From the NCBI GenBank assembly GCA_016933115.1, contig JAFGBL010000074.1:3684-67683 (forward strand): a DNA stretch of 64,000 nt. Direction: 5' to 3'. The notes below the pieces were generated by a model. It did no database searches, was not told the DNA's origin, and saw only the letters and a list, made by a program, of their open reading frames with translations. Made by a program: the position numbers and the translations under genes. Source of the stretch: Bacteroidales bacterium. GTDB lineage: Bacteria > Bacteroidota > Bacteroidia > Bacteroidales > JAADJA01. Below are positions 57,115-64,000 of this stretch, one piece after another (positions within the stretch are counted from its first letter, which is position 1; each line of letters opens with the position of its first letter).

Positions 57115-57194
57115 ATGCTTAATTTTTCAGGCAATTTAATAACGAGATGAACAATCACAAAAATACGATTAAGGACTTTTTTGGGGAAATTAAA

Positions 57195-57224
57195 ATATTA
57201 ACAATTGGTAACAATTGTTAATAT
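57195..57224. promoter_or_regulatory. 13-bp perfect inverted repeat (candidate operator) upstream of parA
   Basis: ATATTAACAATTG at 57195-57207, spacer gtaa, then CAATTGTTAATAT at 57212-57224. It also contains the direct repeat TAACAATTG twice at a 10-bp period. It lies 81-110 nt upstream of the parA ATG. Confidence 0.35.
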
Positions 57225-57243
57225 CCTTCATGTAAGGAGGATT

Positions 57244-57286
57244 AAAACCAAAGGCTGTTCAGGTTATTTGAACAGCCTTTGGTTTT
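57244..57286 (-). terminator. strong hairpin terminator downstream of the DUF3276 gene
   Basis: 18-bp perfect stem AAAACCAAAGGCTGTTCA / TGAACAGCCTTTGGTTTT with a 7-nt loop. It starts 19 nt past the stop codon. Confidence 0.65.
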
Positions 57287-57304
57287 ATATTTTATCGAAA
57301 TGTT

Positions 57305-57721
57305 TTAATTTTCTTTTTCTTTTTTAACTGATTCGGAATCTTCCAAAGTTTCGGATGATTCTGTATCCGATCCCAGGTCCTCAAAATCGACTGCCGCGTG
57401 GGGGTATTCCGATGAATGAGTGGTGGTTTCTTCTTCCGGTTCTTCAGGTGCTTTGCCAGTTAGAATAAATTCAATGGCGGTATTCAGCCCGTTGGTAAAC
57501 TTCTCAAAATCCTCTTTGTATAAAAATAATTTATGTTTTTCGTAGAAGAACTTACCCTGATCGTTATTGAACCTTCTTTTGCTCTCTGTAATGGTCAGGT
57601 AAAACTCATCTGATCGGGTAGATTTCACATCAAAAAAGTACGTCCTTTTACCTGCTCTCACTGTCTTAGAAAAGATCTCCTCTCTTCCTTTTTCATGTTC
57701 ATTGTTTTCTAACTCTTCCAT
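57305..57721 (-). CDS. PUR-alpha-like DUF3276 family protein
   Basis: 138 aa. The segments ..VRAGKRTYFFDVKSTRSDEFYLTITESKRR... and ..HKLFLYKEDFEKF.. match the bacterial Pur-alpha-like repeat. The C-terminal tail is acidic. Confidence 0.65.
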   Translation of the reverse strand: MEELENNEHEKGREEIFSKTVRAGKRTYFFDVKSTRSDEFYLTITESKRRFNNDQGKFFYEKHKLFLYKEDFEKFTNGLNTAIEFILTGKAPEEPEEETTTHSSEYPHAAVDFEDLGSDTESSETLEDSESVKKEKEN

Positions 57722-57751
57722 GCTGTTAAATTATTTTAAAATTTTCCAACG

Positions 57752-57781
57752 CAAATATAAATAAATAATTACAAATACAAA
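57752..57781 (-). promoter_or_regulatory. candidate Bacteroides-type promoter for the DUF3276 gene
   Basis: The minus strand reads TTTG (57781-57778), an 18-nt spacer, then TATATTTG (57759-57752). It ends 30 nt upstream of the ATG. Confidence 0.4.
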
Positions 57782-57937
57782 TTATCGAAATGCCCTTGTT
57801 TTTTAATGAAATTGATATATTGATTGAAAAAGTATATTATCGGAACACAGGTTTAAAAGGGAACGTGTTAATTATTAAATAAAAAATCTTTCCATGATAT
57901 TGGAATAAATTATAGATTTGAATAATCCTAAAAATTA

Positions 57938-59725
57938 ATGTTTAATCTGAAAAAGATGAGAAAACTGTTTACATTGCTACTTTGCTTTATAGTATCAATT
58001 GGAAATGCTCAGACGGGCATACGATCAAGAACAGTAAATTCTGTTGGTTATGAACAGGAGCAAATTACAACAGAACCCTTCAAAGGTGAAAAGTCCGGAA
58101 TCCCTGCATTATATCAGGATTTTGAGGATTTGAACGAATTTACTTTTAATTTTTACCCCTGGTCGGTAAATGATGTTGATGGCGGTATTACCTATGGAAT
58201 TGAAGGCATTGAATTTCCCAATACGGGTGGCCCGATGGCATTTATTGTTTTTAACCCGGCTAATACTACCCCGAGTTTACAAAGCGACCCGGCTATTCAG
58301 GCACATGGAGGTTCACAATACGCAGCTTGCTTTTCAGCACAACCCCCAAATACCAATAATGACTGGTTGATTTCTCCTCAAATAGAACTGGGAGAAAATT
58401 CAACCATCAGTTTTTGGGTCAAATCCTACACCGATCAATATGGCCTTGAAAAATACAGGGTTGCGGTTTCAACTACCGACAATAATCCTTCCAGTTTTAG
58501 TTACATTTCAGGCAGTACTCCGCTTTCGGCACCGGCAAACGGCTGGGAAGAGAAAACTTTTAGTCTTGATAATTATGATAATCAAATGGTATATTTGGCC
58601 ATTCGTTGTGTATCGGAAGACGCATTTATTTTCATGTTGGACGATATCGTTGTTGAAACTGAATTTCCCGGTTTACAAAAACCGGAGAACCTGGTAGCTG
58701 AACTGGATGAAGGATCAGGGACGGTTCACCTTTCGTGGGATTTTGAGGTGCCCCAAACCGAGGATTGGGTGGCCTGCAGGGGAATCTGGAGTTTTAACGG
58801 GACCACCTTTACTGCTCAATCCGACGGAGAGTTCGAATGGTCGTCGATTTATATTGATTTGTTGCTGGATGATTTTAGTTTTGAAGCTGATATGAAAATG
58901 ATCAGCGGTACCTCCGACAACATGATGGGCATTATTTTTAATGGATTGGTCTGGCCGACTTATGACGACGGTTTCTGGAATACCGGAGTGGTTTTCCTCA
59001 TTTCAAATACCGAAGGCCAGCAGAGTTTTACCATAGGCGAACAAACTACCGAAGGATTCAACGTTTGGCAGGATTGGACCCAAAGCGACTATATCAATAT
59101 GGGCTATAATGTTGTAAATACACTGAAAGTTGATTTATCAGACAATACGGCAAGTTTTTACATCAATGGAAATTCAGTAGGAGACTGGAATGTAGATATC
59201 CCTTATCCTGGCTATGCAGGCGTAACCATGTGGGATGAAAATGCTAATGGTTCTGCCGAATTCAGCGGTACGGAATCAACTTCGGGTTATGAACCGAAAA
59301 TTTCGTATTACAGGAATTTCAACATTTACCGGAATGACGAGTGGATAGGAATTACAGCTTACCCTGAATGGACTGAAGAATTGCCCCAAAGCGGTTCCTA
59401 TAATTATTATATAACAGCAGATTACAGTGTTGGTGAGTCATTTCCGTCCAATATTGCCCTGGTTGAGTGGAACCTGGGTGTTGGTGAACCAGGATCGTCC
59501 CAAGTTAGCATCTACCCCAATCCGGCAAAGGATTATTTGCAAATTGAATCGCAAACAAGGATTTTGGAGGTCACTTTATTTGACACATTCGGGCAAACAA
59601 TTTTGAATAAAAACACTGATGATTTTAATTGTAAAATAGATATGGTAAATATAAAACCCGGCGTTTACATGCTAAAAATCAAAACTGAAAAGGGGCCGGG
59701 TTTTCAAAAAATTATTATAGAATAG
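57938..59725 (+). CDS. choice-of-anchor J domain protein with T9SS type A C-terminal domain
   Basis: The segment ..QAHGGSQYAACFS...NDWLISPQIELGENSTISFWVKSY...YRVAVSTT.. is the choice-of-anchor J / cleaved-adhesin-like signature. The tail VSIYPNPAKDYLQIES...GVYMLKIKTEKGPGFQKIIIE is a type A CTD. A TAGATTTG box lies at 57913-57920. Confidence 0.7.
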   Translation: MFNLKKMRKLFTLLLCFIVSIGNAQTGIRSRTVNSVGYEQEQITTEPFKGEKSGIPALYQDFEDLNEFTFNFYPWSVNDVDGGITYGIEGIEFPNTGGPMAFIVFNPANTTPSLQSDPAIQAHGGSQYAACFSAQPPNTNNDWLISPQIELGENSTISFWVKSYTDQYGLEKYRVAVSTTDNNPSSFSYISGSTPLSAPANGWEEKTFSLDNYDNQMVYLAIRCVSEDAFIFMLDDIVVETEFPGLQKPENLVAELDEGSGTVHLSWDFEVPQTEDWVACRGIWSFNGTTFTAQSDGEFEWSSIYIDLLLDDFSFEADMKMISGTSDNMMGIIFNGLVWPTYDDGFWNTGVVFLISNTEGQQSFTIGEQTTEGFNVWQDWTQSDYINMGYNVVNTLKVDLSDNTASFYINGNSVGDWNVDIPYPGYAGVTMWDENANGSAEFSGTESTSGYEPKISYYRNFNIYRNDEWIGITAYPEWTEELPQSGSYNYYITADYSVGESFPSNIALVEWNLGVGEPGSSQVSIYPNPAKDYLQIESQTRILEVTLFDTFGQTILNKNTDDFNCKIDMVNIKPGVYMLKIKTEKGPGFQKIIIE

Positions 59726-59818
59726 AATTTTCACTGATTAATTCATGAAATTTATAAATTTTTCAGGTTAATGGATACTTAAAATAATTTTAACCCAAAA
59801 ATTAGGTATTATTGAATT

Positions 59819-61198
59819 ATGAATTCGAAAAAAGTTGTTACAAACATTTCTATTTTCCTTCTGGTTTTTTTACTCGGGTTGATTGGTATCGAATACGCTT
59901 TTCGGGCAATGATCTTCAGCGACAAAGAAGCATTCAAAAAATTCCGCGATCCCTGGGCTTATGCAGATATGGATTCGGAAGACCTGTTTTGGAAATTATA
60001 TACCCGGTGGATTGGAGTTTATAAACCACCCGAATGCCCGCATCCACTGCTTGGCTGGATCGGCGATTTTTCCCGGCACAGCCTGATGCATTGGAGATTC
60101 GACAGTTTTGAAAGTAAACGCCCGGTTTTATTGTACGGCGATTCTTTTGCCATATGCTCCGGTTTATCTACTTGTTTTCAAACGATTTTAAACGACGATA
60201 GTGCATTTTCACAGCAGAATTACTTGTACAATTACGGAGTCGGCGGATACGGTGTGGACCAGATTTACCTGCTTTTCGATAAAACGTATAAAAGTTTTGA
60301 AAAACCATTCGTTATTTTTAGCCTCCTCACCTTTGATCTCGACAGAAGTATACTGCATTTCAGGACAGGGCAAAAACCTTTTTTTGAAGTTGAGGACGAT
60401 TCGCTTGTGTTAAAAGGTGTTCCTATCAATTCCAATCCCGAAGAATATTTGGATGCAAATCCGACAAGAACCATTTCCTACTTGTGGCGTAAATTTTTGT
60501 ATAGCAAAGAAAATTTTCTCCCTAAAAAAACGGTCGACAAACTCAAGGGAACCAATCGATATACCAGGAAAAAAATAGAAGTAAATGAAAAAATTTTACT
60601 CAAAACGCTCAATGAATTGAGGGAAAATAATATCGAATTTGTGTTTGTTATTTTCCATACCCTGCAATATGACCGCGATAACTATACAGCGGAAGAAGAA
60701 AACGATTGGAGAAATGTTTTCCTGAAAAATTTTCTCGAAGAAAACAAAGTACCGTACATCTGGACCCGCGACCTGATTCTGAACGATACGACCTTCGATA
60801 AATTCGATATTTCAAAATATATTCTGGGTGAAGACGGGCACCCGACGACCTATTTCAATACTTTGATTGCAGAAGAGATGAAAAGGGTGGTTTTGGCTTC
60901 CCCTGCAAAGTTAGAGGAACGAAGGCAAAATGACGATTTAAGAAAGGAACAGATTTTTAGCGGTGAGCGCTATGGCAATGTGGATGTTGGGCCTACTGAT
61001 AAAAATTTCTTTGATTATCACTTGCAGTATTATAAGGATTACTTGTACTTACACGAAAGATTAGCCTTAATAGATGCAGCGGTATACAAACAATTAAAAG
61101 TAAAATCCGACACGATGGGCGTATCCATGGACCATACGTTACGCAATAATGCCATGTGGCGTATTTATGAAAAAGAAAAAAACTGTATCCAGAAGTAA
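59819..61198 (+). CDS. membrane-anchored SGNH/GDSL-like hydrolase-fold protein (hypothetical)
   Basis: 459 aa with an N-terminal TM helix. Candidate SGNH blocks are LLYGDSFA (block I), YGVGGYG (block II) and GEDGHPT (block V, DxxH). The C-terminal segment of about 100 aa is helical. Confidence 0.4.
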   Translation: MNSKKVVTNISIFLLVFLLGLIGIEYAFRAMIFSDKEAFKKFRDPWAYADMDSEDLFWKLYTRWIGVYKPPECPHPLLGWIGDFSRHSLMHWRFDSFESKRPVLLYGDSFAICSGLSTCFQTILNDDSAFSQQNYLYNYGVGGYGVDQIYLLFDKTYKSFEKPFVIFSLLTFDLDRSILHFRTGQKPFFEVEDDSLVLKGVPINSNPEEYLDANPTRTISYLWRKFLYSKENFLPKKTVDKLKGTNRYTRKKIEVNEKILLKTLNELRENNIEFVFVIFHTLQYDRDNYTAEEENDWRNVFLKNFLEENKVPYIWTRDLILNDTTFDKFDISKYILGEDGHPTTYFNTLIAEEMKRVVLASPAKLEERRQNDDLRKEQIFSGERYGNVDVGPTDKNFFDYHLQYYKDYLYLHERLALIDAAVYKQLKVKSDTMGVSMDHTLRNNAMWRIYEKEKNCIQK

Positions 61199-61296
61199 AC
61201 ATCAATCTATACAATTTTATTTCCAATTGCAGGTTTGAACTGAGCTATACCCGACAGCAATGCAGATTTTAATAATTTTGCAAAAAATCTGACCAT

Positions 61297-62721
61297 TTGA
61301 AGCAATTTATTGAAGAACCGGTTTTTGAAAAAATAGCCGAAGCGGCTGATGAACTTGGCCTGCCTGCTTATGTGGTAGGCGGTTTCGTTCGTGATAAATT
61401 CATGGGCCGCGAATGCACCGATATTGATGTGGTAGCCATTGGAGAAGGTAGCGGAATTGCTTTAGCCAGGCATTTTGCCCGAAAATTAGGTATACCGAAT
61501 AAGGTGAATGTTTTCAAAAATTTCGGAACGGCCATGGTCCGTTATGAAAAGGAAGTGGAGTGGCAAATTGAATTTGTAGGAGCACGAAAAGAATCTTACA
61601 GGAAGGATTCCAGGAAACCGATCGTTGAAAATGGGACTTTGGAAGATGACCAGAACCGCCGCGATTTTACCATCAATGCACTGGCCATCAGTTTGCAAAA
61701 GGAAAACTTCGGAGAATTGATCGATCCATTCGGCGGCATCATGGACATTGATAAGCGGTTGATCAAAACACCACTCGATCCCGACATTACTTTTTCCGAC
61801 GATCCGTTGCGCATGATGCGAGCCATCAGGTTTGCAACTCAATTGAAATTTGAAATTGAACCCGGAACTTTTAATGCAATTTGCCGCAATGCCAGGCGTA
61901 TCCGTATCGTCTCAAAAGAGAGGATCATCGATGAATTCAATAAAATGTTGCTTGCCAAAAAACCATCCTTCGGAATTAACTTGCTGGATAAATCAGGATT
62001 ACTCGTACTGATTTTTCCCAAACTGGTTGATTTGAAAGGAGCCCAGATGATTGATGGCAAAGGTCACAAGGATAATTTTAACCACACCCTTAAGGTACTT
62101 GATAACCTGTCAGCAAATACTGAAAATTTATGGCTTCGGTGGGCTGCATTGCTTCACGATATTGCCAAACCGATTACGAAAAAGTTCGATCCCGAACTGG
62201 GATGGACTTTTCATGGCCACGAGTTCATAGGAGCCAAAATGGTTCCAAAAATATTTGCTGAGTTGAAGCTGCCACTGAACGATAAGATGAAATATGTTCA
62301 GAAATTGGTATTGCTTCATCTTCGTCCCATTATCCTGGCCGAAGACCATGTAACCGATTCGGCAGTCAGGAGGCTGTTGTTCGAAGCAGGTGATGAAATT
62401 GACGACCTGATGCAATTGTGCGAAGCCGACATTACTTCTAAAAACAGGCAGAAGGTTGAACGGTATTTGAAAAATTTCCAGCTAGTCCGGCAAAAATTAA
62501 AGGAAATTGAAGAAAAGGACCGGATCAGAAACTGGCAACCTCCGATTTCCGGCGAATTGATTATGGAAACCTTTGGATTAAAACCTTCAAAGATAGTAGG
62601 AGAAATAAAAGTGGCCATCAGGGAAGCTATTTTGGACGGAAAAATTGGTAATAATTACGATGATGCGTACCGGTTCATGCTCCAGAAGGCCGGTGAACTG
62701 GGGTTGGTGAAAAAAGCTTGA
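61297..62721 (+). CDS. cca: CCA-adding tRNA nucleotidyltransferase with HD domain
   Basis: TTG start. Has the polymerase-beta head [30 protein letters not shown], and an HD region LLHDIAKP...HGHEF. Confidence 0.75.
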   Translation: MKQFIEEPVFEKIAEAADELGLPAYVVGGFVRDKFMGRECTDIDVVAIGEGSGIALARHFARKLGIPNKVNVFKNFGTAMVRYEKEVEWQIEFVGARKESYRKDSRKPIVENGTLEDDQNRRDFTINALAISLQKENFGELIDPFGGIMDIDKRLIKTPLDPDITFSDDPLRMMRAIRFATQLKFEIEPGTFNAICRNARRIRIVSKERIIDEFNKMLLAKKPSFGINLLDKSGLLVLIFPKLVDLKGAQMIDGKGHKDNFNHTLKVLDNLSANTENLWLRWAALLHDIAKPITKKFDPELGWTFHGHEFIGAKMVPKIFAELKLPLNDKMKYVQKLVLLHLRPIILAEDHVTDSAVRRLLFEAGDEIDDLMQLCEADITSKNRQKVERYLKNFQLVRQKLKEIEEKDRIRNWQPPISGELIMETFGLKPSKIVGEIKVAIREAILDGKIGNNYDDAYRFMLQKAGELGLVKKA

Positions 62722-62814
62722 AGATCATGGTGCGATTTATATTTATATGGTTTTTTATATTCGAAAAAATTTATACTTTTATTATTTTTATTGCAGGATT
62801 CAAACTTTGGTAAT

Positions 62815-63375
62815 ATGCATATTTATAAATTCAGATTGTTATCAGACATACACGATGATTTTGTGAGAGATATTGAAATCCAGGCAACACAGACATTCGA
62901 AAATTTCCATAAATTGATTGTTGAATGCGCAAATCTAAATGGAAAGGATCTGGCTTCTTTTCATATCTGCGACCAGAAATGGAATAAACTCAGGGAAATA
63001 ACCCTCATCGATATGCTGGATGGAGAAGCGCAGACTGAAGAAAAAATGTCGGTTATGGAAACATCCATCATGAAAGAATCAAAAGTAAAGGATTTTATCG
63101 ATGAGCCGCATCAACGGTTGTTATATGAATACGATTTTCTGAATATGAATACCCTTTTTATCGAATTGTTAAGTGTCCATAAGCAAAGGGATGAATCCAT
63201 AAAATACCCCAGATGTGTGCTTGCAAAAGGGGAAATCAAGGAAGAAAAAGCCCCGATGTTGCCGGATTTGGATGAAGAAGAAGGATTATCTATTGAATTG
63301 CTGGATGATTTTGATGAATTGCTCGACGATACATTCGATTTTAAAAGCGACAATGAAAACACCGAATTGTCTTAA
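62815..63375 (+). CDS. hypothetical protein, MM3350/pRiA4b-ORF3-like fold suspected, acidic tail
   Basis: MHIYKFRLLSDIHDDFVRDIEIQATQTFENFHKLI.. and ..LLYEYDFLNMNTLFIELL.. mirror the two conserved strands of the MM3350-like family. The C-terminus is strongly acidic (DLDEEEGLSIELLDDFDELLDD). The tracked ORF begins 8 codons earlier at a TTG. Confidence 0.35.
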   Translation: MHIYKFRLLSDIHDDFVRDIEIQATQTFENFHKLIVECANLNGKDLASFHICDQKWNKLREITLIDMLDGEAQTEEKMSVMETSIMKESKVKDFIDEPHQRLLYEYDFLNMNTLFIELLSVHKQRDESIKYPRCVLAKGEIKEEKAPMLPDLDEEEGLSIELLDDFDELLDDTFDFKSDNENTELS

Positions 63376-63423
63376 ACCTGAATGATCATATACATATTTA
63401 AAAATCCATATTCACCGTAATTT

Positions 63424-64000
63424 TTGAAACAAAAGCTCATAGTCATTTCCGGGCCTACTGCTGTTGGAAAAACCTCTCTCTCCATTGAAACAGCCAAAAC
63501 GCTTCATACCGAAATCATTTCTGCAGATTCGAGGCAGTTTTACAAGGAATTGAACATCGGTGTAGCTGCACCTTCAAAAGCTCAGTTGTCAGAGGTAAAA
63601 CACTATTTTATACGACATTTGTCCGTTACCGATTATTATAATGTTTCCCGGTTCGAACAGGATGTACTGAAGTTGCTCAAGATGCTTTTTGAAAAATACG
63701 AATATGTAGTAATGGTGGGCGGTTCCGGTTTGTACATCGACGCAGTATGCAAGGGAATTGATGCCCTGCCCGATCCTGATCCCGAATTGAGGGAAAAGTT
63801 GAAAGATATGACAGCAGATAAAGGGCTGGAACCATTGAGAATCCGGTTGAAGGAGCTGGATCCGGATTATTATGGGATTGTCGACCTGGATAATCCGAAC
63901 AGGTTACTGAGGGCACTTGAAGTTTGTATGATAACAGGGGAACCCTACAGCAAGCTGAGAAAAAATAAACCGCGGAAAAGGAATTTTGAAATTATCAAAA
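63424..64000 (+). CDS. miaA: tRNA dimethylallyltransferase (3' end outside the window)
   Basis: Hand translation from TTG 63424 gives LKQKLIVISGPTAVGKTSLSIETAKTLHTEIISADSRQFYKELNIGVAAPS... It has a P-loop plus the SADSRQ.Y..L.IG.A.P motif of MiaA. The frame is open to the window edge. Confidence 0.88.
   Translation, partial: MKQKLIVISGPTAVGKTSLSIETAKTLHTEIISADSRQFYKELNIGVAAPSKAQLSEVKHYFIRHLSVTDYYNVSRFEQDVLKLLKMLFEKYEYVVMVGGSGLYIDAVCKGIDALPDPDPELREKLKDMTADKGLEPLRIRLKELDPDYYGIVDLDNPNRLLRALEVCMITGEPYSKLRKNKPRKRNFEIIK

Noticed and set aside
1-64000. Search by eye for CRISPR arrays, tRNA/rRNA genes, transposases, integrases, phage genes and long nucleotide-level repeats.
   Set aside because: None were found. 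The intergenic regions are short (at most about 300 nt) and lack cloverleaf-like or regularly spaced repeat structure. A tRNAscan, Infernal or repeat-finder run would be needed to exclude small ncRNAs.

Overview
This reads as an ordinary chromosomal segment of a Bacteroidota bacterium. The evidence is a SusC/SusD pair, many T9SS C-terminal sorting domains, a PorP/SprF gene, Bacteroides-type TTTG/TAnnTTTG promoter boxes and no Shine-Dalgarno sequences. All calls rest on reading the translated ORFs and the DNA by eye, using motif recognition only; no BLAST or HMM search was run.

Gene content, left to right:
- A lycopene-cyclase-domain gene cut by the window edge, a GYD protein and a cold-shock protein.
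- A PEP node: ATP-dependent PEP carboxykinase followed by pyruvate,phosphate dikinase.
- A YqiA-like esterase, and rpmH (L34), which is too short for the ORF track.
- A surface-glycan neighbourhood: DUF4834, YfhO, GT4, gpsA-like, GT1, a sulfotransferase-like gene and a Wzx-like flippase.
- A tight four-gene minus-strand T9SS operon: a 1054-aa and a roughly 1760-aa type-B-CTD surface protein, one PorP/SprF, and a type-A-CTD BNR/Ycf48-like propeller.
- yihY, nadC, DUF4783, an SDR and RseC, then a complete rnfBCDGEA operon.
- A SusC/SusD locus with a LamG plus PNGase-F-like T9SS protein and a nearby six-hairpin (GH63/MGH1-like) hydrolase; a yhhQ-like transporter lies between them.
- A RelE/ParE-type toxin-antitoxin pair.
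- More T9SS cargo: a beta-helix (choice-of-anchor Q-like) protein, an unknown 708-aa protein and a choice-of-anchor J protein.
- ddl, a PASTA protein, rluD, DUF5683 and parB/parA.
- A PUR-alpha-like DUF3276 protein, a membrane-anchored SGNH-like protein, a CCA-adding enzyme, an MM3350-like protein and the 5' part of miaA.

I found no rRNA, tRNA, CRISPR array, transposase or integrase.

The most interesting region is the T9SS type-B cargo operon at 15400-27012, because of its internally triplicated roughly 460-505-aa module and its arrays of Cys-framed roughly 70-aa modules. Second-tier items are the putative N-glycan-directed PUL, the YfhO/GT4/sulfotransferase-like glycan cluster, and a 13-bp inverted repeat upstream of parA. 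I cannot demonstrate anything clearly unprecedented from sequence alone.
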